DNA of 64,000 bases from Selaginella moellendorffii (taxonomy: Eukaryota; Plantae; Lycopodiophyta). The DNA is taken from assembly GCF_000143415.4 (NCBI RefSeq), contig NW_003314279.1:2120866-2184865 (forward strand), given 5' to 3'. The position numbers were made by a program, and so were the translations under genes. Below, one piece after another: positions 13,756 to 25,219 of the stretch (position 1 is the stretch's first letter; each line of letters opens with the position of its first letter). The notes below the pieces were generated by a model. It was not told where the DNA came from, made no database searches, and saw nothing but the letters and a program-made list of their open reading frames with translations.

Positions 13756-14760
13756 TCACTTTCGTGCTACTCCCACAATGTAGGAAGAAATGAGGGGATT
13801 CTTGGATGGAAATCGATAGCTGCGAGCGTCGATCGAGGAGAATCTAGCCTTTCGTATGAAGGACAAGGTGTCGCGATTCAAGTGGCATCCATCCGCAACG
13901 AAGACTTGGATGGGATTGAGAAGATTTTGGAAGAGATTGAGCCAGCTCCCATCTGGATCCATCCAGAGATCATGGAAACAGGGGAAAGAAAAGGAGATCT
14001 TACCTTGAGCTCCTACGTGCTCCACGAACAAGAACTGTCCTCCAGGTTTGAGAACTCTGATCACCTCTGTGAGCGAAGAAAAGAAAGATGAAAAACGAAT
14101 TTTCCTTCGATCGATACATTTTTGGATACCTTGCATCGTAGATGAGACGTCTGTGACAGAGCAAAGTACCAAGGTCGAGATCACCACGTCGATGCTCGAG
14201 CTCTCCAAGGGAATTTTCTCGCCAACCTTGATATCATAGGTGATCGTTCATCCTGGGGATTCATTGAAATTTTGCAAAATCTAGCTAGCTTTCGCTTACT
14301 CCGTGGATGAACTCGAATTGGTCGCCACGAAATCCAGCTGCTACGAGCGAATTGACGGCGTACTTCTCCATGCTTTTGTTTGGATCCACTCCGGTGATCT
14401 TGAGATCATTCCTTCCACTCAAGTACTTGAAATTCACTCCAGTCCCAATCCCGACCTCCAAAACAGTGCGTGCGCGTCCATCGATCTGGCTGAAGAGCTT
14501 GGCGGTGTCCTTGATCGATCAAGAACTAAACCAATCACGAAAGTTTTCACATCGATCTAAATTCACCTTGTCGAAACCTGATCCGGAGAAGGAATTCATG
14601 AACTTCGCGTACAACTTCTCGATCCAGCGTGGTTTCTTGGGATGGATTCTTTGGATGAAATCCTGGGACGAAGAAGAAGAACGCACACAGATCGATCATG
14701 GTAAAAAAATCTATCCTCTTTACTTCCTTCACTTACTTGATAGCTAGAGCCATCTTCCAT
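13756..14760 (-). CDS. Class I SAM-dependent methyltransferase (Methyltransf_11, METTL7-like)
   Basis: MEDGSSYQ|DFIQRIHPKKPRWIEKLYA, VLEVGIGTG motif I, IDVVISTLVLCSV, EVIRVLKPGGQFLFVEHV, DGCHLNR. Confidence 0.88.
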
Positions 14761-15136
14761 GGAGTCTCTCTCTTTCACTTTCACCTCCGTGATTGGTGCT
14801 TTAAAGCGATCGATGGCTCGAATCTAAGCCCCTTGCTCTTTCTTTACATCACAACGACAGTATTTTTTCACGCCAAGGATTAAATGTGCTATCGTTCACG
14901 GGAGCGCTTCGCAATAACAAACAAGGCAGAATGGCAAAGCGCTCCTGGTTGGACAGCGCGATAAAAGCTTTAAGATTTTGGAATTTTGGACCACTTCGAG
15001 CTCAAACTTGAAAGTCAATGTAAGGTCAACAACGTCAATGAAAAGTCAATGTAAGTTAAGTCTTCAAAGACCGTGGATTGACAATTGAGCTCATTTTTTT
15101 CCCATTGCCAGATCTCTGGCTTCCAGGAAGAAATGC

Positions 15137-16672
15137 GTGGACGCCATAGAGCAAGCCCTGGATCGCGCCCGTCAGCTCCAGGAGCAGCAAGGGCTCGCGT
15201 CGAAGATCACGAAATGCACGGATCTGGAGCAAGCACAAATGCTCCTCGCCCAAGCAGCACGATCCGGCGTGGATCGCCTGGCCAGCGTCGGGAATCCATT
15301 GATCCAGATGTTTGGAGAGCTGGGTAGAGTTTTCGAGGCGCGCGCGGCGTTTGACAGGCTGCAAGATCCTAGCGTCGTCTCGTGGAATGTGATGTTCACT
15401 GCGTATGCCCGGAATGGGCATCCAGAGAAGGCGAAGGAGCTGTTTGATCGGATGCCCGATCGCAGCGTGGTGTCCTGGAACGCGATGATTGGGCTTCTTG
15501 CGGGCATTGGCGATTCCCCAGGCGCGATGCGGGTGTTCCGGATGATGAATCTCCACGGGGAGAGGCCAGTAAGGGCCACATTCCTCTCGGCGCTCGAGGC
15601 GATCGATGCTGCTGAGGCCAGATTCTTGCGCGCCGTCATCTTGGAGGCCGGGATGGAATCCAATGTCGCCGTTGGCACCGCGCTCGTCAAGTTCTTGAGC
15701 AAAGCCGAGAAGGTCGACGAGGCCTGGGCTTTGTTTCTAGAAATGCCCAGCAAGAACATCGTCTCCTGGACGACGATGCTGGGAGCTCTTGCCCAGCACG
15801 GGAATCTGAGAGATTCGAAGGCCCTCTTCGATCGGATGGCGCAGGGTAACGCTGTTTCTTGGAACACATTGATCTGCGGGTATGCCCACGCGGGGCATAG
15901 CAGGGAGGCTCTAGGGATGTTCTTGGCGATGGATCTAGCGGGGATGGAGCCCGAATGCGTCACGTTTGCTGCGGCCGTGGAAGCGTGCTCCCAGCTCTTG
16001 GATCTCGCCCAGGGCCGGAGAATTCACTCCGAGATCACTGCGGCAGGGATCATCTCCGAGGAACTGGGACTGGGAGTGGCCAACGCTCTCATCAATCTCT
16101 ACGGGCGATGTGGGCGAATGGATCTCGCAAGAGCGTGCTTCGATCTCCTCATCCACGAGCGAATTCTTCGCTCCAATTCTATCCCCTGGACAAGCATCGT
16201 TGGACACTATGCCCGGAATGGGTATCCCGCGGAGGCGATGGAGCTCTTCCACGCCATGGCCGTGGAGGGTCTGAGCCAAACCCCTGTTCTCTTCATCAGC
16301 ATGCTCTCCTCTTGCAGCCATGGCGGCAAGCTAGAAATCGCTCGCCGCCTCTTCCTCTCTATGATCCAAGACTATGGGCAGGATCCCACAATCGATCACT
16401 TCATGTGTATGCTCGATCTGCTAGCGAGAAATGGGAAGCTGGGCGACGCGCAGGATCTCATCCAAGCTCTGGATCTCCAGTCGGAGGAATTGATCGCTTG
16501 GAGGACTCTAGTGGCAGCTTGCAAGAGCCACGGTGATCTCCCCCGCGGAAGAGGAGCTGTGGAGATGGCTATGGCGGCGGACGACGCCATGGCTGCTCCA
16601 TACGTGATGCTCTCCGCCATGTATCGCGAGCAAGGAGTGGACGGCGGAGATGGCAACGAGCTTAGCCGTTGA
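15137..16672 (+). CDS. PLS-class pentatricopeptide repeat protein with E-like C-terminus, no DYW, intronless
   Basis: Repeated VVSWN(A/T)MI motifs, LLSSCSHGG, DHFMCMLDLLARNGKL, WRTLVAACKSHGD, APYVMLSAMY. The ORF track start is GTG, so the true ATG may be downstream (e.g. MLLAQ near 15239). Confidence 0.9.
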   Translation: MDAIEQALDRARQLQEQQGLASKITKCTDLEQAQMLLAQAARSGVDRLASVGNPLIQMFGELGRVFEARAAFDRLQDPSVVSWNVMFTAYARNGHPEKAKELFDRMPDRSVVSWNAMIGLLAGIGDSPGAMRVFRMMNLHGERPVRATFLSALEAIDAAEARFLRAVILEAGMESNVAVGTALVKFLSKAEKVDEAWALFLEMPSKNIVSWTTMLGALAQHGNLRDSKALFDRMAQGNAVSWNTLICGYAHAGHSREALGMFLAMDLAGMEPECVTFAAAVEACSQLLDLAQGRRIHSEITAAGIISEELGLGVANALINLYGRCGRMDLARACFDLLIHERILRSNSIPWTSIVGHYARNGYPAEAMELFHAMAVEGLSQTPVLFISMLSSCSHGGKLEIARRLFLSMIQDYGQDPTIDHFMCMLDLLARNGKLGDAQDLIQALDLQSEELIAWRTLVAACKSHGDLPRGRGAVEMAMAADDAMAAPYVMLSAMYREQGVDGGDGNELSR

Positions 16673-16735
16673 TGGCAGCCAAGGAATCAACGGCTGGGAT
16701 GGTTCCTTGCTCGCTATCTCCTAGGGCAGTCGGCA

Positions 16736-17808
16736 ATGGTGATCGATGGCACAGCCGCGAGCTCCAGGATGGGGAAGAGGATTCGCGAGGGCGACGATGA
16801 GGTCTACCTCGACAACTATTACTCCAACAAGAGATATCTCACCGAGGTACGAGCTCCAATCTTAAAAAAAAAAATCTCTCTCATGGTTTTTGGCCTGCAT
16901 TTTTTCCTTGTTCTTCCAGGTGATTTCTTCCTGCCTCAATGGACTGAAAGTCGCGGACGTTGATATCGCCAGTGCTGCTATTCCCGACGAGAACGAGGAT
17001 TTTGGCGACTCCCTCGATCCAGGAGCTGTGCTTGCCAAATCTTTCTCGTCTGCTCGTAGCTATCTCGGGTAAAGTTCGATACGATTCTTTCTCGGGAGAG
17101 AGATCTTTGCTTTGCTTTGCCAGGGAGGATCATGTTGCTCTCGATTCTCCAATGTCCGACGATGGCGACGAGCAATTCATGTCCGTGAGCACGTCGCCCA
17201 GCCGCTCCTCCTCTCGATCACTAAACTCGTCTCCTCCCACGTCCTCGCTGCCCAGACACCTCCACGAGTCCGAGTGCTGCCGGCTTCCACCATCGCCGAG
17301 CGACCCGTGCCACCCCCCGGATTTACGTCGCGCGGCGCTCATGCGAGCGCTCCAGATCCGCGCGCTCTCACCCGGAGGCATCCAGCCCAGCTGCATGTAT
17401 GATCCCAGGCAGCTCCAGCAGATCCTCGACAAAGACAAGCCCGCGCCGGCGACGATAATCACTCACAGGCGGGGAGACGAACAAAACGAGCTGCTCCTCG
17501 GCTCGCCACCCCACGGCCAGTTTCCATCGCAGGTCTTCCGAGCTTCCAACGCGGTTGCGAGCAGGAGCTTGGTCCTGGACGACGATCAAAAGCCGGTGGA
17601 GTCCGTGGCCACGGCTGAGGGCATGGACAGGAGCGAAGACGTGCTGAGCGAGCCCAGCGTTCCGAGACGGAGTCGGAGCCGGAGGAGGCCCGGTGAGGAG
17701 TGCCACTGGTCGAGGATGAAACGAGGAAAGCTACACCAAAACTCCATCTCCAGCTTGAAAAAGGTGGAAGTCTCGACCGAGATATCAGACACGGAGTCAT
17801 GTTTGTGA
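16736..17808 (+). CDS. Uncharacterised plant protein (Ser/Pro-rich), 2-3 exons
   Basis: MGKRIREGDDEVYLDNYYSNKRYLTE|VISSCLNGLKV joined across a clean GT-AG intron (16847-16919). Later SPMSDD, LPPSPSDPCH and DLRRAALMR blocks look conserved. Confidence 0.75.
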
Positions 17809-18719
17809 ACGGTATTCTTTTCTTCTTTCGGTTTTCTTAACTCTCAGCTTCTTTATCTCATCTTTGCAGTGTGTCCTCGAGAACTTCGTATGGAATTGTG
17901 ATCTCCGACGCGCAAGTAAGCTTTTCTCTATCGATTCTTTGCTCAAAATCTGATTTTTACAGTATCACCTTTTATCACACCAAGGTCGTGGATGCTGTTT
18001 CTATACTCTAGGAATTTTACTCCCGCAAGCACAAGGACAGGCAAAGTAAGTACTCTCTCATCCTGACAAACCGATGGATTCTCTTCAGCTGGGACCAACA
18101 GTGACGAAGAAGCATTTATGTGTTTCGTTTCGCGATTGCGTCTCTACTATTCAGTCAATGCTGTTGGTGCTGCTGCTGCTGGTGGCCTGTGCAGTGAAAG
18201 GGGAGAGAATATCGCCGATTGCGAGCTTTTGATGATATCTCATCCCAGGAGAGCAGCAGCAAACAGCCAGGGCCCGGCCAGCCAGCCATGAATTCTGATT
18301 CTTTCGTCTCATTCATCGATCGCGGAGATTGATTGCGGGTTGGCTTTGGTGTTCCAGCGCCATCCATAGCTTGCTTACTGTCACGCAATCACTCCAGGAC
18401 TTGTACTTTGGAATTATACTGTTTCTCATTTATTTCCTGGGCCAGGAGCGACTCGATTGAGCATTCACTCGGTTAGTTAGCATGGAGCATGAGATTATCT
18501 TCGTTTCCAAGGTTTACGCGTAAAGATCTTTGAAGTGTCACGCCACCGCCGCTCTCCCACTCGCTCGCTAGTGGTCTGCAAAGCTATAAATTCGCGAAAA
18601 CGATACGTTTCTAGAAGCCACAAACGACACCATCCAAACAAGCATAAGCATCCTTCAAAGTCAGCTTAAATCTCTCGTTCTTGTGTATATTTCTTGTTCT
18701 TATTCTTGTGTGCGTGTCT

Positions 18720-18740
18720 GAGAGAGAGAGAGAGAGAGAG
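18720..18740. repeat. (GA)n microsatellite, possible GAGA/BPC-type element
   Basis: gagagagagagagagagagag directly visible. The regulatory role is inference. Confidence 0.8.
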
Positions 18741-20113
18741 TTGGAACCCTTCAAACTCTAGAGCACAGAAAAAAAAATATCTTATAGCAATTTTGGAGAT
18801 CCTTCACATGTAAAGACCAGCCAGAAAACGCGGGATGCCCATGACACACCCTCTGCTCAGCGAGACCCTCCACTTTCCATTCCTTCCCATTCCGTGAAGA
18901 TTCATAAAAGAAAGTAGAAACTCCTTTTCTCCTCTGGCTTCACGCAACCGCAGCAACAACAACAACCAGGGCTCCGATCACGAAATATTTCCATGCTATC
19001 TTTGAGATAACTATAGGATTTGTTGTGGAATCCCGCCAACTTTTAATCTTGATAATCCTCAGGGCCCAACCTGGAAAAAGGCACCCCTCGTCGGCCGATC
19101 GATCACGTCGATCGTCCTTTGGCGTTTCTTGGACGTGTGTGTATATGTGTGTTTGTGTATAGCTGCCACCTAACCTAATTCCCTTTAAAAAGTTGCGGAG
19201 CCATGCATGCGAGGAAAAAAGAAAAAATAAAGGCTTAGAATATCTCTGTATCTAACATGGCTTGGTTGGCACCGCGCCGCGTTTAGGCCCAGAGTGTGGG
19301 GACAAAACAAAAGGCTCTCTTGCTCCATTTGTTATGGCCAAATCCACAATCTTGGACGCCACCCTCGCTCACACAAAAGGAGCTCTTCTCAAAGAGCTCG
19401 CATATTATAGCTTTTAGCCCAGGCAGACAATGTGTGTGTTGGCGTGGAAATTGGAATGGATGAAAGATTTTTTTTCTCCTGCCAATCAATCAATCAATCA
19501 TCCGTCAAGGACTCAAGGCAAACTTTTTCCAAGGTCAATCTGGGGCCGTACGGAAGACCACTGGCTGAACTTCTCGGTAGGATAGTCCTGAGGTTCTAGA
19601 ACTTAGCGTTGTTGTTTGTCTACGAACCACAGCACGATAACATGACAATGGCGTACGGAAGCTCCCAAAACTAACGGTGGTGAGAGCGCATGACCTCGTT
19701 GAGATTCGGGATCGATCGGCCCAGGGGGGGCTTTTACCTTTCACCGCGGTGTACGCCATTGCCGTAATAAAGTAAAAAGGAAGGACTCTTGTAATTTGTA
19801 AACCCGCCATGTTAAAAGCGACGTTAAAAGGCCTTTCAAAGTACAGTTAACTAATCACACCTGACGGAATGTCCTGCATGAGAGGTATATTCTGGCTGAG
19901 GAGGTGGTATATTCCGGCGCTATGCCGGAATAAGTGGAGTCCTTGGGGCGTTCGTAATTTTCGCCTAGCTCTTTTTGTAGCGATCGTGTCTTTGGCGTGC
20001 TCTGAAGTTCCTTGCGTCTCTCGCCACTCTTGGAAGAACCCCAGGCGCTCGTTCCCTGGGGACGAATCCGATCCAGTCGTGCACAGCGAATTCGATCAAG
20101 TCGTGCAGCTTTA

Positions 20114-21403
20114 ATGGGCAATTCCTCGATTTTGGAAGAGGAGGGCTATGGCGGCGGCGGTGGCGATAGCGTCCTGTGGGCGCCTGGCAGCCCGCGGCTG
20201 TCCTTCTCCAGGGATTTCGTCCAGTCTGATGTATTCACTCCATCGTCGGCGAGGAAGGATCCGGCCTTGATCCCTTCCGCTTCCTCGGCCGATTTCGATT
20301 TCGGCATGCTTGCATTGCTGCGGGGCGGGGCGGCAGATGGCGAGGAGGGCGTGGAGCTCATCCAAAACGGCAAGCTCCTCCCGATCGATCGCAGCGCTGC
20401 GGCTCCGCCAAGGGCGGCGGCGGCCGTGAACGGCCCGGAGGAGGCGGAGGCGCCTCGCAGTAGCATTGGGAGCGATGCCGAGATCGCCCAAATCACCAGC
20501 GCCCACGAATCCGATCAATCGCAGCCTCCTCGACACCAGGTACCCCCAAAGTCGCCCGCCAGCAGCCGATGGAAGGATCTCCTCACGCTCAATTTCATGC
20601 GCTCCTCCTCCTCCTCCTCCTCCTCTCTCTCGATCGAGACAGAGCCCCTGAATCACTCGAGCTCCTCCTCCTCCTCCAAGCTGGGATCCTCCTCGTCCTC
20701 CTCTCGCCTCAAGCTCCTGTTTAGGAGCAGCTCCGCGGGAGCTGGGAGCCGGCAGCACCAGCAGCAGCTTGACGCGCAAATCGAGCCCAGCTTGGGGAGA
20801 TCCGCGTCGGAATCCAAGGTCTCGACATGCTGCAACAATCTCCGCGTCGCCGATGGGGATCTGGTCGTCCGGAGGCCGCCATCCAAATCCGATTCCTCCT
20901 CCAGCCAGAACGCTGTGATCTCAGTTCCAGCGGAAACAGGGGACGATCCCAAATCCACAGGGGCGATCCAGAGGAGGAGGACTCGATCGTGTTCTTCCTC
21001 GAATCCCCATCCAAGCCCAGCTCCAAATCCGCGGAGGAAGGCCCTGGCCGAGGTGAAAGCCACGGCGTGCTCCCCGTCCGCCATGAGATCCAACGCGGCG
21101 AATTACCAGCGCCTGGGTCCCAAGCAAGCGAATCCATCGAATCCCCACCAGATTCTTCCCACGATCAAGAACAGCAGCTCCATGGATGGCTGGCGGGTCT
21201 ACAGCGAGAGGATGAGCAACGCGAGCAGCAATGGTGGGAGTAGCGTCGTGGGGGGCAGTAATAACCACGGGGTAAAGGTGGCGGAGGTTTTGCATATGGA
21301 GGTTTGTATGGGGCAGTCCATGGTGGTTTCCAAGGTTACCAGGGCTGCCAAGGCTTTCACCAAGAAGGAAAACGCTCCAGGCAAGATTTCTGTGAGAACT
21401 TGA
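20114..21403 (+). CDS. Intronless Ser-rich plant protein with SPRLSFS / DFDF / ELIQNGKLLP / RWKDLL motifs (MAKR/DUF1645-like group)
   Basis: 430-codon GC-rich ORF from ATG 20114. The short motifs match the SPRISFS..DFEF..ADELF.GK.LP..RWKELL pattern of plant disordered regulators. Confidence 0.75.
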   Translation: MGNSSILEEEGYGGGGGDSVLWAPGSPRLSFSRDFVQSDVFTPSSARKDPALIPSASSADFDFGMLALLRGGAADGEEGVELIQNGKLLPIDRSAAAPPRAAAAVNGPEEAEAPRSSIGSDAEIAQITSAHESDQSQPPRHQVPPKSPASSRWKDLLTLNFMRSSSSSSSSLSIETEPLNHSSSSSSSKLGSSSSSSRLKLLFRSSSAGAGSRQHQQQLDAQIEPSLGRSASESKVSTCCNNLRVADGDLVVRRPPSKSDSSSSQNAVISVPAETGDDPKSTGAIQRRRTRSCSSSNPHPSPAPNPRRKALAEVKATACSPSAMRSNAANYQRLGPKQANPSNPHQILPTIKNSSSMDGWRVYSERMSNASSNGGSSVVGGSNNHGVKVAEVLHMEVCMGQSMVVSKVTRAAKAFTKKENAPGKISVRT

Positions 21404-22361
21404 TAGGTAATTACTGATGGTTTAAGAACTTCATAGGCTAGTGTGATAGATCCATGATCCTTCCTGGCATGAAAAGCTATAAGAATTCAAGCCCAGGAGT
21501 GATCAATCCATGACAATTTACTCCACACACAATGAATGATTTTGCAAAGTTTGAAAGCTTCGTTGTTTCGGGAGGAGCCCTAAACTCGAATGAAAGAAGA
21601 AAGGATCAATGCGGAAAGTGACGGTGCCACACGGAATACTGTCCCATGGATTGCTTCACTTTGCTCGCTCGGATTGCTGCTTTCGCATGAGAAACATGCA
21701 AAAAAGCTAAGTCCGAAAAGAGCATGGCATTTATGCTGCGATGTTTTTGCCTGGTTCATGCGCAACTTAATGCAAAGTTTCCGTATGACAATGATCTTGA
21801 GATATGGACTTGATCATGCAATAATCTTACAAGCGTCTAAGAGTCGTGGAGATGGTTTTCGCTCGTTGAACTTGTCAAAACCGACACGCGAACTCTCAAC
21901 ATCTATCGAGTTTTTAATGGAAGCAAACAGTAGCAAGCCCACAATGCGAGAGTGGACTTGTGATTTATCTTTTGTATCGCGTAATGCTTCGTCTCTCTCT
22001 TTCTTCTGGGCAAATGCTCGCAGAGTCCACGCCACCCCGATCCGGGCACGGTTTAGAAATGGATCCGCTCGAGATCTCACCCACATTGCGAGGATCTATG
22101 CATTCGGCAAAGGTCGCGATGCAAACAGTAGGATATCTACACTTACAAGACAAGATTGCGATATGTGCATCCTAAAACAATGTTAAACAAGTTGAAAAGG
22201 AGTGACCCCGCAAAGATTCGTACGCCCAAACTGCTCATAGTCAACCACATCCGCTGCTTGAATAAGAGGTGGCCAATCTACGCAGATCAAGAAAGTTGAT
22301 AGAAACTTTTGCATGGGCTGTATACTTTTTTAAGAGGTGGATTACCCCTGCCTAGGGCGCG

Positions 22362-23466
22362 ATGGCATCTGTTAGGAGGAGCGCATTTCTCGATCGCAGC
22401 ACCTGGCGTCTCCCCAGAGGTGATGTTTCTCTCTTGAGGAGATTTGGAAATTTGATAGCAAATTTTGGGGGCTCTAGAGGGCGAGGGTGTGTATGCCGAG
22501 GCGGAAGAGCGAGTGCGCGAGGCTTGCGCGGATGGAAAGGTTTGTGGAATTCATCACACGGGATCTCAATTTTTATTTTTTGTTCTTTAGATGAGCAATC
22601 GTCGCCTTAAAAGATGGGTGAATGATCGGCTACTTCGCGAGCTCGCTCCGCCTCTGGACTCGATCGAGATTGGCGGACTCTTCGCTCCTCCTCCTTGGGG
22701 TACTTGAGTTGCACCGCAAAGAGCTGTGTTTTTCGAAACCATAAATGCCAGGAGAGAGGAACTATCAAACACCGCTGGAGAAATTGACGGAAGGTGGAGG
22801 AGCAGCCATGGCCGCCGCGTGGGAACCCTTTCGTGATAACGTAGACATGGATTACCAGGTAACCTTCTGCGATTCATTGTTTTGCTTCCATCTTGTGTAA
22901 AAACTCGATTGGTCTCTCAGGCCGATGTGTTGAGAAAACTTGAGAAGACCGGGAAACGTAAGGAAGCTGCGGCTCTTTGCGCATGGCGAGCAGTGGATCA
23001 CAATGCTCGCGATGCACTAAAGCGGCTCTCCGATTCGCCACTGCTTCCTATTCTTGAGGTACGAGATATATTTTTTCTTCGTTCCTGTAAGATGGACGGA
23101 AATTATTTATGTTTTCTTCGTTGTGAAGAATCAATTGCTCGAATTTGTGAGCGGGAGAGACGACGAGCTCGTACTGGAGATGCCGGCACCGCACCACCGA
23201 CTGCTTTTGCATGGTCTCAGTCAAGTAAGTTTTTCAAGCTTTTCCCGTAAAAATTTCAGTCTCTCAGCATTCTAAGATGTTTTTTGTTATTCTAGTTTCA
23301 TGGCTTGGCTTCGCAGTCGGAGCCAGCACCGCCACCACCCCGTGTACACATCACCAAGAGAACAAATTGCCGAAGCGAGGCAGCAAAAGATTCTGGCTTG
23401 AACCTGATGAAGTTCCTCCAGGACTGCAGGCACCCTCCTGTATTACCCCCGACTTTCAGATTATGA
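22362..23466 (+). CDS. R3H-domain protein with R3H-associated N-terminal region, multi-exon
   Basis: RRLKRWVNDRLLRELAPPL...FAPPPWG, then LVLEMPAPHHRLLLHGLSQ|FHGLASQS (RxxxH motif). Stop TGA 23464-23466. Start approximate. Confidence 0.8.
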
Positions 23467-23543
23467 AGACCCAAGAAAACTTGGATGTATCCATACCATG
23501 GTAATGTTCCCTTTCCCTTCTGTATTATATATGACAATGCTAC

Positions 23544-25019
23544 TTACATCTCGCTCTCGCTTTCAAGCATGGAAAATATATTCTCGTCTTGCTGGGCGCC
23601 GAGAACGCTCGCTATGAGTTCCTCGGGCATGTTGAACGACAGCGCTAGAGTCTCCATGTCAAGCTTGTCAAGAACCGAGCTCCTACCTGGTAAAGTTCGC
23701 TCCAAATAAGCTAAAAATTCTTGATTGACAAACACTTACCTATAAGAAACTGCGGTAGCTGGCCGTGCCCGTGATACTCGTCCGAGACTGTGAATCCGAG
23801 GAACTTGAGAGGGGCATCTCTGGAAGAAAGCTCGCAGTTTGGGAAGTATCGAGGCACCACGAAGATGGTTCCCTCCTCCAGGCTCCTGTTTAGAGCATTG
23901 GTGCCATTCGGGTGCGCGATCTGGATTCTTCCAGTGCCATTCGTTACGACGCCGACGACCATGGCCTGGGGATTCCAGTGCGGTGCCAAAAGTGCTCCCT
24001 GGACGGTGAAGAGAACGAAGAAAAATCAGATCTTTCCAAAGCTCTAGATTGGACGCTTACGTTTTTGAGGTTCACGAATGATACTCCGAGACGAGATTTC
24101 CTGAGAACGGGCAGTTTCTTGCCCCCCGTCGATGCGAAGCAGCCATTTTGATTCGCAAAAGAGCGCTTGCTGCTCGTGAGGCTGAGGGGCCGAGGAGCTC
24201 TCCCGTGCATTTTCTTGTTGAGGAGAAAGCTGGCGACGTTCTTCCAGCTCCAGGCCTCAGGCAAATGTGACGTTAGTTGCGCGAATGCATCCACACTTGT
24301 GGGGATGATAGCTTCACTCGACTGCTGCCTCAAAAACTCGGCAACTCCCTCCTCGGACACCTGATTCTAAAGCTTAAATATGAATCGAAGAAACTTCTTT
24401 CGTCACCTTGAAAGCCGCTGAGACTAGCCTTGTGCCGAATCCAGAGAACAAGTTGGACTCGCCAGCGATGAAAAACGGCTTGATGCTTTCGATGTCGATG
24501 GCTTCTGACGTGTCGTAGAGGCCATAGATTTTGAGCTCCTCATCTTCGTGCGTACTCAAGAGGTAGAACAATGATCCTGCCGCAACCGCGTACACATCAC
24601 CGGTGCTAAGATCCTGCCTCAACAGCTCGCCTTGTTGATCCACCCATCCAATTCTCGCGCTTCCTAGATTCGAGAGAATGAAATCAATCTTTCCAGAAAG
24701 AGCTTCCATTACCTTGTTGGACGAGAAAAACGAAAGAAGCGTCCAGGTAGTGTGGGAGGAGCAAAGCTCGCGGCCGCAATGTGATAAATCCCAGGCCTAC
24801 ATTGTGCTTCCGGAGCAAAGGCGAGCGCAAGAGCACTCGAATCTCTCCCCACTGAGTCTTGACGAGCTGCGTTGGCTCTTCGAGGATCAAAGGGCTGCTC
24901 CCCTCCTTGGAAGACGAGATCCGCTGGAGCAAGTGATCCTCGCTCGATCTTCCACTTCCACCATGGCAGTGATCACACAAGATCACGAACGCGACGAGGA
25001 GAAGGCACAAGCAAGACAT
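23544..25019 (-). CDS. Vicilin-like (7S globulin-type) bicupin with signal peptide
   Basis: Hydrophobic N-terminus MSCLCLLLVAFVILC, GLGFITLRPRALLLPHYLDA, LAPHWNPQA...GTGRIQI, EGTIFVVPRYFP, PQFLIG..SVL. The start could be the ATG at 25040. Confidence 0.88.
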
Positions 25020-25146
25020 CAATCTCGTGTTGATCACCATGCACCCAAGACACATTTTTTAGTAGCATTGGCGCTTTGGTGCATGGAAGGCACGTAGACA
25101 ACGAAACCCGTAGTAGACAACATCACTGTAAATATAACACAAGAAA

Positions 25147-25219
25147 GCGCCTGTAGCTCAGTGGATAGAGCGTCTGTTTCCGGAGCAGAAAGTCACAGGT
25201 TCGAACCCTGTCTGGCGCG
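25147..25219 (+). tRNA. trnR-CCG: tRNA-Arg(CCG)
   Basis: GCGCCTG TA GCTC AGTGGATA GAGC G TCTGT TTCCGGA GCAGA AAGTC ACAGG TTCGAAC CCTGT CTGGCGC G folds as a cloverleaf with anticodon CCG. A and B boxes present, T-run near 25246. Confidence 0.95.

Noticed and set aside
18158-18232. Stand-alone secreted peptide MLLVLLLLVACAVKG...
   Set aside because: Only 24 codons, driven by a ctg repeat, with no mature-peptide motif. Kept only as part of the alternative-splicing hypothesis.
18240-20110. Possible MIRNA precursor in long intergenic DNA
   Set aside because: No match seen to conserved plant miRNAs (156, 160, 166, 171, 319, 396, 408) and no obvious long hairpin. A folding scan was not possible.
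21590-22314. 198-aa + ORF and possible small minus-strand spliced gene
   Set aside because: No recognisable domain. A faint CCT-like ERERRSITRYKR is not followed by the rest of the motif.
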